A stretch of 64,000 nucleotides of DNA from a phage. Shown here in pieces: positions 48,185 through 57,806 of the stretch (position 1 is its first letter; each line of letters begins with the position of its first letter). The stretch lies in the sequence record PZ452596.1. The stretch is one strand, 5' to 3'. The position numbers and the translations under genes are program-made. The notes under the pieces were generated by a model. The model searched no databases. It worked only from the letters and a program-made list of their open reading frames with translations, and was not told the origin of the DNA.

Positions 48185-48307
48185 GTCCCATCTCCATATC
48201 AATTATGTCATTTATTGTAGGTTCATTATATACTGTTTCTTCATCAGTGTAAACCGGTTCTTCCGGCTCTGGCTCTACAGTTTCCCATCTAGCCGCCCAC
48301 CAGGGTT

Positions 48308-48628
48308 TTATAGCGTAATCCATTCTCGTACTGTCTGAGTTACTACACGTTCTCGAGGTTCGACTAGTTCAACAGTCGGAACTGCATAATACCAGTCAGA
48401 ATGATAAGAACCTGAACGGCATTCATTTACGGAAACATGTACATTATGTTTTGGACTAAAATAAACACACTGACGATATTGGCATTTACCGTCTTGCACC
48501 CAGTCTTCTATTTCGACAGGTTTAAGATAATCGGAAAAATCGAAATCATAGTTTTCTGAAAATGCATCATGGTCTTCAATGATTTCACTCAGAACTGCAT
48601 CAACATCTAATTTATTTTCAATAGTCAT
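48308..48628 (-). CDS. hypothetical protein, 106 aa, acidic
   Basis: ATG at 48628 with GGTGAAAA RBS. Confidence 0.55.
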   Translation of the reverse strand: MTIENKLDVDAVLSEIIEDHDAFSENYDFDFSDYLKPVEIEDWVQDGKCQYRQCVYFSPKHNVHVSVNECRSGSYHSDWYYAVPTVELVEPRERVVTQTVREWITL

Positions 48629-48638
48629 TTTTCACCAA

Positions 48639-48809
48639 TTAATTTCGCAATTTATTAAGTTCTTCATCATCAATCCAGGATTCTAGTCCTGATGGCAGGT
48701 CACATTCAATTTCCCAAAGAAGTTCTTCAATTTTCTGAAGACGTTCTAGTTCTTCGGCTGGAATAGTAACCATTGACGGAGCTCGTGATACATTAATATC
48801 GTAAATCAT
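48639..48809 (-). CDS. hypothetical protein, 56 aa
   Basis: ATG at 48809 with GGGGTAAAT RBS; below ORF-track cutoff. Confidence 0.4.
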   Translation of the reverse strand: MIYDINVSRAPSMVTIPAEELERLQKIEELLWEIECDLPSGLESWIDDEELNKLRN

Positions 48810-48811
48810 AT

Positions 48812-49027
48812 TTACCCCAATTTAACCATACAATCGCCGTATTTCCACTTAGAAATAGACTTTTCACCATTAGAATAATAAACTTCGAGTTTAGCACGAT
48901 TATTTTTAATTTGAATAACCTTTGCTGTCATCAAAGTTCCATACCCATAATAAACTGCAACTTCATCACCTACATATACCGCGCTTCCGCGGTAATCGTG
49001 AATATAGTCAGTTCCTTCGAGCATCAT
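48812..49027 (-). CDS. hypothetical protein, 71 aa
   Basis: ATGA overlap with nrdC stop. Confidence 0.55.
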   Translation of the reverse strand: MMLEGTDYIHDYRGSAVYVGDEVAVYYGYGTLMTAKVIQIKNNRAKLEVYYSNGEKSISKWKYGDCMVKLG

Positions 49028-49287
49028 TTAAAATATTCTCGCAGTTGGTCAAATCCACCAATATGACTTCCATCAGGAGCAAATACCTGGGGCATTGTCA
49101 AGCCGATTTGAGTATCACGACCTAGTTTAGTCAGAAGCTCAGCGATTTTCTCATCATCAAAAACACCTTTTTCCGGCATAATGTTGATAAATTCAAACGG
49201 CTGTTTCTTCACGGTCAAAAGACGTTTTGCATTATCGCAATACACACATTTATGGATGTTGCTATCATAACCATATACTTTAAACAT
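49024..49287 (-). CDS. nrdC: thioredoxin/glutaredoxin NrdC, 87 aa
   Basis: MFKVYGYDSNIHKCVYCDNAKRLLTVKKQPFEFINIMPEKG...; CVYC redox motif. Confidence 0.9.
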   Translation of the reverse strand: MFKVYGYDSNIHKCVYCDNAKRLLTVKKQPFEFINIMPEKGVFDDEKIAELLTKLGRDTQIGLTMPQVFAPDGSHIGGFDQLREYFK

Positions 49288-49288
49288 A

Positions 49289-49531
49289 TTATTCCTTAAT
49301 TCCTAGTACTTGTTTAAAAGTCTCGTCGTAATCAAGACTTTGGCCCGTTTGTTCTTTATGTTTGTATATAATATCACTTACTTCTGATAGCATATTTTTA
49401 TATGAACGAGTTAAAGCTGATTTAAGCACGCTGTATCTATCAGGAAATTTACCATGTTCATTATAATAAGCTATTGCTAATTCGCGGACTGCCTTTTCAG
49501 CAGTCTCCATATATTCTTTACGCTTTGTCAT
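49289..49531 (-). CDS. hypothetical protein ~81 aa
   Basis: Internal ATG at 49531; longer track ORF overlaps the zinc-ribbon gene. Confidence 0.45.
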
Positions 49532-49832
49532 TTTCTTCTTGGTCAAATCGGTGTTTACAATGGCGGCATTTATAACGAAGATTATTAGTCTGCCAATGGA
49601 CCAATTGCACCTGTTCAGTTCCACATTCAGGGCAATTAGGAACGTTTTTAGAAGCCCTTTCGCGACGTTCAACCATGACCATTACAGAATCCCAATTAAT
49701 AGGGCTGCTATAATCATCACAACCGTGAATCTTTCCACGCATTTCCAAATTGTCTTCTTCACCAGCCATAATAATTTTAATTAGACTAGAATTACTTGAA
49801 GCTGCAATGTCTTCTAATAGACGCTTTTTCAT
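49518..49832 (-). CDS. zinc-ribbon protein, 104 aa
   Basis: CPECG...CRHCKH motif; ATGA overlap with upstream gene. Confidence 0.55.
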
Positions 49833-50755
49833 TTCAATACCTCAATAGCATTACGTAAACCATTTGCTTTTGCATTAAGAGCTTTTAACAATTTGGTGTG
49901 TTCTGCAATTTGGGCTTCAACTTCAATCAAACGAGCATTGAGATATTCGCGTTCTTCTTTCATAGTATCATTCTCATGATTGGATTTTGGCGTAGGTTTA
50001 AATTCACTAGGGTCCTTTAATTTAATAACAAATTTAGTTTCAAACAGTGAAAGACCATAATTCGTATTATCATCAAAGGATTTGACTACATCCATATCAG
50101 ATAATAACACGTGTAAATTATAAGCCAAAGAACTAATAGTTTTATTGTGTTTATTAGCTTCGCGTGGTTTCATATACGGAAGATTTTTATATATCTCATG
50201 CGGAGCGCAAACGATAATTGACAATTCAAATTGTCCATTCTGGGACGATGGAGTGAATTTAGCCGTAACCCAGTCTTTTACATTCACATTAATAGTACGG
50301 TTATCACCATGACAAAACAGTCTACGAGAATGCTTAAAAAGCATATTCACATTATTATTAAATTCGTGTGAAAACTCACTGGCAAATTTTTCTTTACTAT
50401 TTTTAGAAAACCATTCTTCTAAATAAGTTCTTTTCACGTCATTAATAATATTAAATGTAACAACACTAGCATTTGATACATTAGTCTCAATGTAGCTTGG
50501 ATACATAAATTTTTTAACATTATTAACAGCTATCACAGAAGATAGTAATCGGGAACGTTTGAACCACTCGAGCAAAGAACCAAGAGAATGTGAATACGCA
50601 TTTTGTGTATCTTTACAAATATGGTTTTCCCATCCAATATAGTCTAAAAAATCACGAAGAATATTATTGATTACTGCTCTGTGTCCTATCTGATAATTAC
50701 GATATTTAGTAATAAGACTGTCAAAATAATCAATATAATGTTTACGAGTTTTCAT
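49829..50755 (-). CDS. hypothetical protein 308 aa; paralog family member with C-terminal coiled coil
   Basis: MKTRKHYIDYF...; C-terminus ...[41 protein letters not shown]. Confidence 0.6.
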   Translation of the reverse strand: MKTRKHYIDYFDSLITKYRNYQIGHRAVINNILRDFLDYIGWENHICKDTQNAYSHSLGSLLEWFKRSRLLSSVIAVNNVKKFMYPSYIETNVSNASVVTFNIINDVKRTYLEEWFSKNSKEKFASEFSHEFNNNVNMLFKHSRRLFCHGDNRTINVNVKDWVTAKFTPSSQNGQFELSIIVCAPHEIYKNLPYMKPREANKHNKTISSLAYNLHVLLSDMDVVKSFDDNTNYGLSLFETKFVIKLKDPSEFKPTPKSNHENDTMKEEREYLNARLIEVEAQIAEHTKLLKALNAKANGLRNAIEVLK

Positions 50756-50807
50756 GTTCTTCTCACTTGGTTAATGATTTATACTCCGAGCCATCCTTGG
50801 CTTTAAA

Positions 50808-51809
50808 TTACTTAATTAACTGTAAAGCTTGTTCCAGACGATCAAGACGATTAACAGATTCTTCCCAAATCTTTTTAGCCTGCTCATATTCTTTCTGCGC
50901 TTTATTAGAAATTTCTAGAACTTCTTTATAAGCTTTTTCTAGTGCAATAACTTCTGGACGAATTTCTATCGGTTCAGGTGAATCGTCAAGACATTCCATT
51001 AGTTCCTCAAGGGTAGTTTCTTCTTTAGGAGTATTCACAATTTCATCACATTTTTGTTGATAAATTTCTTTATCAGTAGGTGAGTACGCGCACTTTACTT
51101 CACGAAGACTAATTACAATTTTATATCCTTCCCAGCCGCATATATTCTTAAAAGGATATGTATGAATATTTTCTACTGTTTCCATACAAAGTAATGCGGT
51201 CTCTAATTGACGAGTTATAGTGCTAGCAATTGAGAAAAATTTATTAATGTTCTTTTGGTTAGTTTCTGGTGTAAAAAATCCATAATTCACAAAAATAGCT
51301 GCTTTATTTTTATCAAGTTCATATTCTTTTATGATAATCATATCAGAAGCCCAAGGATGAATTTGACGATAATCGCCATAGCATAATTTAGAAGCTGATT
51401 TTAAAATTTGCTTTTTGAAAAGTCTGAAATTACTGATCCAACGACGAGTAAAAATATTCTCAGGGTCTTCTTTATTATTAAGATGATAAGAATTAACATC
51501 ACCGAACCAATTATATCCTACTACATCTTTAGTTCGTTTAATTTCTTTCCCAAAATTACCAAGAATATCCCGATTAACCAAATATGAAAGAAGACGAGAC
51601 TCTTTAAAGGTTTTCTTGATAACATCTTTATCTACACGGCTAGAAATTTTATGAATTTCATGAATAAATTTAGTAGAAGAAACAATACTTGCATCAACAC
51701 TATTGAGCCATTGATTGATAATAGAAAGAACGACATTTTGACCAAACATCGGTATAGCTTTATCATCAATAACGCTATTGAATGATTTGATATATTCGTT
51801 ACGAGTCAT
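50808..51809 (-). CDS. hypothetical protein 333 aa; paralog family member with C-terminal coiled coil
   Basis: Internal ATG at 51809 with ACTGAGGAGATTAAT RBS and own early promoter; RRWISNFRLFKKQILKSASKL matches EWRFIALFRKQLKQILSTASRL in next gene. Confidence 0.6.
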   Translation of the reverse strand: MTRNEYIKSFNSVIDDKAIPMFGQNVVLSIINQWLNSVDASIVSSTKFIHEIHKISSRVDKDVIKKTFKESRLLSYLVNRDILGNFGKEIKRTKDVVGYNWFGDVNSYHLNNKEDPENIFTRRWISNFRLFKKQILKSASKLCYGDYRQIHPWASDMIIIKEYELDKNKAAIFVNYGFFTPETNQKNINKFFSIASTITRQLETALLCMETVENIHTYPFKNICGWEGYKIVISLREVKCAYSPTDKEIYQQKCDEIVNTPKEETTLEELMECLDDSPEPIEIRPEVIALEKAYKEVLEISNKAQKEYEQAKKIWEESVNRLDRLEQALQLIK

Positions 51810-51837
51810 ATTAATCTCCTCAGTAGAAAGTAAGAAC

Positions 51838-51867
51838 ATTATACCACATCCTTGTGGCAAAGTAAAC
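51838..51867 (-). promoter_or_regulatory. T4-type early promoter upstream of 333-aa paralog gene
   Basis: GTTTACtttgccacaaggatgtggTATAAT. Confidence 0.55.
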
Positions 51868-52886
51868 TAGTTCAGTGCATTTAGTGCATTGTTCAGTTTA
51901 GAACGTTGCTTTGTCAGATTTTGAACCCTTGACTGAGCTTGTTCTAACGCCTTTTCAGCTTCTAGCACTTCATTGGTCGCTTTAATGAGTTCATCATCTA
52001 CTGCCTTAAGAGACTTCTCAATCGCGTCAGCGTGCCATTTTTCTACAGGTTTAAAATTTGAATTTTCAGTAGGAAGAAAACTCACTTTATTAAGTTTACA
52101 TGCATCTATATTGCTTGAGCTATACATCCAAAATTTAGGATCGTTTGATAAGTAATTGGATAAATTTAAGTTATCTTGCACTTCCTGCTTTTTCTCTTGC
52201 GGGACTTCGTCCTTTCTCAAAAAATCGTATTTAAATGAAACGATCATATCAAGTTCATATGATGTTGTATCTAACTTAAATCGTTCAAAACGAGGTAAAA
52301 TCTTAGATTGAACAGCAGCAACAACATCCATATACTTAAATGCTTCTGTCAACTGTGATTTAAGGCATTCACAAATTGAAAGAGAATTTTTTGTATTAGG
52401 TTTAAAGCTAATTCGTGCAGTTCTATTATTTTCTTTTAATGGTCTTACTTCCATTTGAAGAGTATAACAATCAAATTTCAGATTCTTTAAGTTAATATCA
52501 GAACCTTTTAATCGACTAGCCGTCGACAAAATTTGCTTCAATTGTTTACGGAATAGAGCAATAAATCTCCATTCAATACGATAATGATTTGGATTAAAAA
52601 ATCCAGATGATAAATCGACCTTACTCTGACCAACGCCTTGAACAAATAGAGGATTTTTATAATCAATAGTTTTACAGAAATCGGTGAGCTGCTCACGAGC
52701 AGTCATTTGTGTAATATACCCCGCTTTACTAAAATGACGTAACAATTCACTGCTATTTAGATATTTAAAGTGAATAGCACGATTAACTTTATCAGGGTCT
52801 AAATTATTTTCACACAAAAATGTCATAACATTACGAGTATCGCTGGCAGTACGAACCATATCTTCAATTTGAGAACGAGTTTTCAT
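51867..52886 (-). CDS. hypothetical protein 339 aa; paralog family member with C-terminal coiled coil
   Basis: MKTRSQIEDMVRT...; AAGGAACACC RBS. Confidence 0.6.
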   Translation of the reverse strand: MKTRSQIEDMVRTASDTRNVMTFLCENNLDPDKVNRAIHFKYLNSSELLRHFSKAGYITQMTAREQLTDFCKTIDYKNPLFVQGVGQSKVDLSSGFFNPNHYRIEWRFIALFRKQLKQILSTASRLKGSDINLKNLKFDCYTLQMEVRPLKENNRTARISFKPNTKNSLSICECLKSQLTEAFKYMDVVAAVQSKILPRFERFKLDTTSYELDMIVSFKYDFLRKDEVPQEKKQEVQDNLNLSNYLSNDPKFWMYSSSNIDACKLNKVSFLPTENSNFKPVEKWHADAIEKSLKAVDDELIKATNEVLEAEKALEQAQSRVQNLTKQRSKLNNALNALN

Positions 52887-52894
52887 GGTGTTCC

Positions 52895-53782
52895 TTAAGA
52901 TTTAAGTAAATCAACAATTTTAATTAACTTTTCACGCTCAGATTTAGCTTTACTACTCAATCCGGATAGTCTAAAGATTTCATCGTCATATTGTTGAATA
53001 GAAATATTCAGCTCTTCAATTTGCTTATTAAAATAATCAATTTGCTCAGAATGTTTTTCGTTACTACGAACTGGTACAGGTTTTGTAGGCAATTTAGTTG
53101 AACTGGATTCATTCGGGCGATAAATTAAAATGCAATTTGAACCAATCGGGCATTTAGCACCAGATGAATATTCTAATGTTCCGGCTTCTTTTAAAACTTC
53201 AAAAGCTAAACAGAGATGATACCCCATATTAACATAATCTGTAGAGTGAGCTCTGATATAATAATCATCGCCGCGAATACTAAATTTAAAGCATTTAAGG
53301 TCTTCTGTATTATTGGTCTTAAAAATCATTTGTTTATCTAGACCTTTAGCTAATCGAGCGCCTAATGCTAATAATCGTCGTTGATTTTCCCACAAATCCG
53401 CAATCATTTGGTCAAATGATAATTTTGGCATTAGTCGACCATAAAGGTCATATCCTTTATTATAATTACGAAGGATTTCACTCGCATTAATACGAGACAA
53501 CGCTCCAATTTTATTAAGGGCTTTCATGATGCGATTAGATAAACCCATTCCAGACCCGTTTGTTCGTTGTAAATGTTTATCTAATCCAAACCCAATATCA
53601 ACTTTAAATTTATCTAAAATTTCAGCATGAACATCTCTGTCAATAACATTCAAATCCAAAGTTGGGTTAAATCTATGAAAAAATTTATCTGGCTCTCCAC
53701 GACGAAGTACAGTCCATTCATTCAATTTTTTATTAACTAAAGATTTAATTACTGCATTGACATTATTAATTACTACTGACAT
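52895..53782 (-). CDS. hypothetical protein 295 aa; possible distant family member, C-terminal coiled coil
   Basis: First ATG at 53782 with GAGTGAGAAAAAT RBS (track start is TTG). Confidence 0.55.
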   Translation of the reverse strand: MSVVINNVNAVIKSLVNKKLNEWTVLRRGEPDKFFHRFNPTLDLNVIDRDVHAEILDKFKVDIGFGLDKHLQRTNGSGMGLSNRIMKALNKIGALSRINASEILRNYNKGYDLYGRLMPKLSFDQMIADLWENQRRLLALGARLAKGLDKQMIFKTNNTEDLKCFKFSIRGDDYYIRAHSTDYVNMGYHLCLAFEVLKEAGTLEYSSGAKCPIGSNCILIYRPNESSSTKLPTKPVPVRSNEKHSEQIDYFNKQIEELNISIQQYDDEIFRLSGLSSKAKSEREKLIKIVDLLKS

Positions 53783-53911
53783 ATTTTTCTCACTCAATTT
53801 TCAATTTTACTAAATACACAGAATATGATTGAAAAGACTATATAAGCACCGCACACAGATTGAACTAATACCATTCCAAAGAACCAAATAATATTATCAA
53901 ACAGTGTCTGT

Positions 53912-53932
53912 TTTACGTCGAAAGGACGTAAA
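53912..53932 (-). other. stem-loop (8-bp stem, 5-nt loop) between membrane ORF and 295-aa gene
   Basis: tttacgtc-gaaag-gacgtaaa. Confidence 0.4.
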
Positions 53933-53957
53933 CTTACAGTAATATTATCACCTTTTT

Positions 53958-54200
53958 CTATTGAAGAATACATCTCTGGTGAAATATATTCACTAAATCT
54001 ATAACCGTCTTTGAGTTCATATACAGAGCAATAAACGATAAACTAGACCCCTTTCCTTGAGTTCCTGTAAGGGTATTAACTACAGTAACATCATAATCTT
54101 TATAATGCATATAATCATTAATTGCGTAATAACCATATGCAACTACTACACATAAACAACATATCAATAAATTCAATCTTTTAATTATCAACTGTTTCAT
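53958..54200 (-). CDS. membrane protein, 80 aa
   Basis: N-terminal TM helix LLICCLCVVVAYGYYAI; MotA-type promoter upstream. Confidence 0.5.
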   Translation of the reverse strand: MKQLIIKRLNLLICCLCVVVAYGYYAINDYMHYKDYDVTVVNTLTGTQGKGSSLSFIALYMNSKTVIDLVNIFHQRCILQ

Positions 54201-54229
54201 AATAATCTCAATTAAAAGGGCTTAGAACC

Positions 54230-54253
54230 ATTATACCATCCTTGGTATAAAGC
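54230..54253 (-). promoter_or_regulatory. middle-type promoter (CGCTTTA box, 12 nt, TATAAT)
   Basis: cGCTTTAtaccaaggatggTATAAT on minus strand upstream of 80-aa membrane ORF. Confidence 0.45.
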
Positions 54254-54255
54254 GG

Positions 54256-54783
54256 TTATGCGAGTACCGTCTTTAACCGTTCTTCAAACTTCCGAAGAGT
54301 ATTCTGGCGTTCAGCTCTTTGCTTTTTGTAAGTTTCAATACGCTCTGAAATGAGAGTGTATCGTTCATTTACTGATTCTTTCATAAAATCAGGAATTTCA
54401 CGAGAAGCTTTAATCTCGTCAAATTTATCAATAACAGCTTGCTCTTCAGCAATTAAATTATCATACATCAAAATATCTTTCTTGATGAACTCAATATCTT
54501 CTTGAGTTACACGAGATAATTTAGATGCTTTATCCTTTTTGTACTGTTCGTTAGTATCACGAGACCAGTGTAATGTACGATTTTTATTCGTATTCTTATA
54601 AATTTCTACAATACCGATCTCGTCAATAATAACGATCCAATTCCAACAGGATTTGTAAATTTGTCCTCCATCAACTGTGATTTCACCACCAATTGAGACA
54701 TCATTAAAGAACTTGCTTTGAGCTTCAGATTTAAATTTACCATCGTTATAATTTACCAGGTTGAAAATATCTTTAGCGTTCAT
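54256..54783 (-). CDS. hypothetical protein 175 aa, C-terminal coiled coil
   Basis: ATG at 54783 with GGAGGAACAAAA leader from promoter cassette. Confidence 0.6.
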   Translation of the reverse strand: MNAKDIFNLVNYNDGKFKSEAQSKFFNDVSIGGEITVDGGQIYKSCWNWIVIIDEIGIVEIYKNTNKNRTLHWSRDTNEQYKKDKASKLSRVTQEDIEFIKKDILMYDNLIAEEQAVIDKFDEIKASREIPDFMKESVNERYTLISERIETYKKQRAERQNTLRKFEERLKTVLA

Positions 54784-54810
54784 TTTTGTTCCTCCGCAGT
54801 TGATAGTTGT

Positions 54811-54840
54811 ATAGTACCACAGAGGAACGGTCTTGTAAAC
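54811..54840 (-). promoter_or_regulatory. T4-type early promoter (repeated cassette)
   Basis: GTTTACaagaccgttcctctgtggTACTAT + caactatcaactgcGGAGGAAC. Confidence 0.55.
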
Positions 54841-54842
54841 AA

Positions 54843-55157
54843 CTAAAAGAAACTTCTTTCACAATTTTTTCCACTGAACCAAGCGCTCACTGCTTTCTTA
54901 GTCTCAGGAGCAGTGTTATCCATAAACCATTCAAAGGCAGCCTTTTTATGATTCTGGAGGGCTTCTCGGGCTTTAATCTGCTCACGGTCTATTAACACTA
55001 ACATATGAGCCTTTCTTGTCACCAAGGGCTTCTTATGATTTTTTGAATACTCCCAGTCATTTGTCCAACGCATTGTCGTTGCGAACTGATGAACCGCGTC
55101 TTTAATTTTAGTTTCATAAATTTCACGAGCCTTTGAGTATAACATCATTACCTCCAT
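54843..55157 (-). CDS. hypothetical protein ~100-104 aa
   Basis: ATG at 55157; alternative ATG at 55145 has better spacing to GGAGG. Confidence 0.5.
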   Translation of the reverse strand: MEVMMLYSKAREIYETKIKDAVHQFATTMRWTNDWEYSKNHKKPLVTRKAHMLVLIDREQIKAREALQNHKKAAFEWFMDNTAPETKKAVSAWFSGKNCERSFF

Positions 55158-55246
55158 CTACCAGTTTAATTCTAGTCATCTTTTTGATGGCAGTCCATAT
55201 AATCTATTTCTGAACTGCCTTTTTATCTTAGAAGGCCTCTTATGAA

Positions 55247-56215
55247 TTATTTCAGAAGAGTAACCTCAGCGATTTCTTCCCAACCGTTTTTGTCGGTCAT
55301 AATAAAGTCAGCAAGATAAAGAGCAGTACGCAGTGAAACATTGCGTAAACGATTAACATTGACTTTCATCCATGATAATGCTTTATAAGTTTCTTCATCA
55401 GAAAGACCGCGCTTTTGCATCATGTCAGTTGAAAGAATAACATCTTCAACCCTGACCATAATTTCTTCATTAGTGTGAACACCCAAATCCAAATAAACCG
55501 AGCGGGACACTAATGCTTGTAAATGTGGAGCAAGTTTAGTACCACGGTCTAATTCGCGGTCAATGTCAACGTTTGTGATAAAAACAATCGTTCCTTTAAA
55601 TTCAAACTCACGCTCAATGCCTTTTTCTTCTAAGTAAGAAGATGCAGTGCTCCAGCAGACTTTACGGGTCTCTCCAGTGTCCAGAGCAGCTTTCAGAAGA
55701 TTAAGAATGTCCATATCAGAGAAAACATCCACATCGTCAATCAAAAGGACAGAATTCTCTTCACGATTATTCCAAAGCTGCTCATAAAGACCAATACCAG
55801 AGATTTTACCATTAATACTTTTATATTCAATGTATCCAACATCATTTGCTTTATTTAAAGCTTTATCTAAAGAATATGTTTTACCTATACCTGCCGCACC
55901 AGAGATAATTAATGAACGAATGTTTCCGTTAATAATACCATTCGTCATCATTCCCATAACATTAAATCTTTTATTAATGCGGGTTTTCATATCTTCATAT
56001 GATTCTTTAACTTCTTCAACTTTTACACCATCATATGAAATGTCTGATTTGTAAACCCAAACACCGCGACGTTTACCGTCAATTTCAACAAAAACTTTAC
56101 CATCTCCTTGTGCATCTACCGGAGCATTATCCGGGAACCATTCGCCTAAGAGCTCAAAAGTTCCAGAGATTTCTTTACCGAAGTAGATACCCTTATTGAT
56201 AGTTACAGTTTTCAT
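55247..56215 (-). CDS. AAA+ family ATPase with N-terminal beta-rich domain, 322 aa
   Basis: Internal ATG at 56215 with TTTGGAGAATAAA leader; Walker A GAAGIGKTY, Walker B VLLIDDVD, sensor-1 IVFITN. Confidence 0.65.
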   Translation of the reverse strand: MKTVTINKGIYFGKEISGTFELLGEWFPDNAPVDAQGDGKVFVEIDGKRRGVWVYKSDISYDGVKVEEVKESYEDMKTRINKRFNVMGMMTNGIINGNIRSLIISGAAGIGKTYSLDKALNKANDVGYIEYKSINGKISGIGLYEQLWNNREENSVLLIDDVDVFSDMDILNLLKAALDTGETRKVCWSTASSYLEEKGIEREFEFKGTIVFITNVDIDRELDRGTKLAPHLQALVSRSVYLDLGVHTNEEIMVRVEDVILSTDMMQKRGLSDEETYKALSWMKVNVNRLRNVSLRTALYLADFIMTDKNGWEEIAEVTLLK

Positions 56216-56252
56216 TTTATTCTCCAAATCTGTATCAGTAGTTGATAGTTGT

Positions 56253-56282
56253 ATAGTACCATAAAGCTTTATGCTTGTAAAC
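56253..56282 (-). promoter_or_regulatory. T4-type early promoter driving the AAA+ ATPase gene
   Basis: GTTTACaagcataaagctttatggTACTAT located between NTase terminator and ATPase ATG. Confidence 0.55.
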
Positions 56283-56312
56283 AACTTTGTGAAAAATTTT
56301 TGAAATAAAAAA

Positions 56313-56330
56313 GGGAGCCCGAAGGCTCCC
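56313..56330 (-). terminator. intrinsic terminator after NTase gene (UUCG loop, U-run)
   Basis: gggagcc-cgaa-ggctccc followed by UUUUUUAUUU on minus strand, then an early promoter. Confidence 0.65.
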
Positions 56331-56332
56331 TA

Positions 56333-57346
56333 TCATTTATAATAACTTCGATGGTTTTCAAGATAGACCTTCTCAAGGAAGTCATCCCAGAAACTCATGT
56401 CTACTTTTTGCTGCATACCGTTCTTAGAAGCTTCAGTAGATGCTGCTTCTACTTGATCGACCACATCTTCCAAAAACTCTTGAACTGTTTTAAATGGATG
56501 CTTACCCAACTTCACGTCGAGAATAAATGGAGCGTCTTGAAGTGGATAAACCAAGTCGCCAGTTTTGTAAATTTCCAATAGTTGAAGTCCACCACGACAG
56601 GCATGGCTCAGAGCTTTCCAGTCAATGCCTTCGTTGGCTTCGGCCTTACGAGCGCGTTCACCATATTCAGCATCTAATTTGTTCAGTGACTGCTTAAGCT
56701 CAATAAGAGAAAGAGTTGTCTGATATTTACGACCCAACACAGTGTAGAACGTTTGTGGGCCTGTTTTCTCATGATTATGGAACACCCATTCACAGAATTC
56801 GTTTTCTGGAAGACGATGCTTAATATCTTCAACTTTAGTGCGACGCTGCTTAATAGAACCATCTTCTTGGTAATCAACCCATTGCTCAGGGATTTGATTA
56901 ACTACTTTCAATACATCGCGTAATGCAGCCAAACGAGAACCCTTGACACCGTATTTAGAAGCTTGCTTGCGAACATATCCTAAATAGGATTTCATGTTAG
57001 TCGTATAAAAACGAGAACGGTTGTCTTGAATAAACTTCCACACATCAGGCAAATCAGATTTAACCACTAGTTCAGGTGGAGTGTGAAGCATATCCAATGC
57101 TACAGTTTCACCATCTGCTGCTAATTTAAAGAAATATTTAAGACTGTATAGTTCATGGTCAATATCATCTTTAGTGTTTTTAGATGATGTGTTGTTAGTG
57201 TTTTTACTCATATGCTCTTTAACATTTCCGATAAGAATATCGCGAGCAGGAGGAACAAAAATTTCTTTAAAATCTACATCAGATTCTGGGGTAGAAGTTC
57301 CATAAAGATGACTACCAAAATAGCTTTTCATTACTGTTTTCATCAT
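56333..57346 (-). CDS. predicted nucleotidyltransferase (Pol-beta-like NTase fold) with ~250-aa helical C-terminal region, 337 aa
   Basis: N-terminal YFGSHLYGTSTPESDVDF (GS...DxD) then ...DGETVALDML; ATGA overlap with upstream membrane gene; hairpin plus U-run terminator downstream. Confidence 0.6.
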   Translation of the reverse strand: MMKTVMKSYFGSHLYGTSTPESDVDFKEIFVPPARDILIGNVKEHMSKNTNNTSSKNTKDDIDHELYSLKYFFKLAADGETVALDMLHTPPELVVKSDLPDVWKFIQDNRSRFYTTNMKSYLGYVRKQASKYGVKGSRLAALRDVLKVVNQIPEQWVDYQEDGSIKQRRTKVEDIKHRLPENEFCEWVFHNHEKTGPQTFYTVLGRKYQTTLSLIELKQSLNKLDAEYGERARKAEANEGIDWKALSHACRGGLQLLEIYKTGDLVYPLQDAPFILDVKLGKHPFKTVQEFLEDVVDQVEAASTEASKNGMQQKVDMSFWDDFLEKVYLENHRSYYK

Positions 57347-57804
57347 TCAGCCTTATATTCAATAACAGGACACACTTTAGCTTTACGAGCCTTTAAAAAT
57401 TCAACGATAATCGATTTCTTGGGTTGAATAGGAGGTAAACCTTTATACGCTCTATCAATATTTTCTACGTGTAAAGCATAATCCTTTTTCCATTTATAAT
57501 CTTTATATTTTTCACGCAAATGTGCAGGAATAACAAATGAACCGATAATAAGTAAAACAACCAAAAGCGCAAGTATAAATGCCGATGGAAGAAGAGTCCA
57601 TAAACTACCGAAAATAAGCCAACGTTGTAGGCTTTCTGCACAAATAATTGTTAGCCCTACGAGTATAGTACATCCAAAAATAGAAACGAAAAATGTAGGA
57701 ATGGCAATAGACCAAAAATATGCGCATAGTGTCTTAGGTCGTTGCCATTCATCGTTAAACAATTTGAATAATTTATAATGCCAAGAGTTTTCATTAATAA
57801 TCAT
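57343..57804 (-). CDS. membrane protein with two TM helices, 153 aa
   Basis: AAAGGATAATT RBS; TM segments AYFWSIAIPTFFVSIFGCTILVGLTIICA and WLIFGSLWTLLPSAFILALLVVLLIIGSFVIP; basic C-terminal tail. Confidence 0.6.
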   Translation of the reverse strand: MIINENSWHYKLFKLFNDEWQRPKTLCAYFWSIAIPTFFVSIFGCTILVGLTIICAESLQRWLIFGSLWTLLPSAFILALLVVLLIIGSFVIPAHLREKYKDYKWKKDYALHVENIDRAYKGLPPIQPKKSIIVEFLKARKAKVCPVIEYKAE

Positions 57805-57806
57805 AA

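Noticed and set aside
50781-50800. Near-late-promoter sequences TATAAATC (also at 11821-11830)
   Set aside because: One mismatch from the strict TATAAATA late consensus; only the exact matches at 20513 and 61003 were reported
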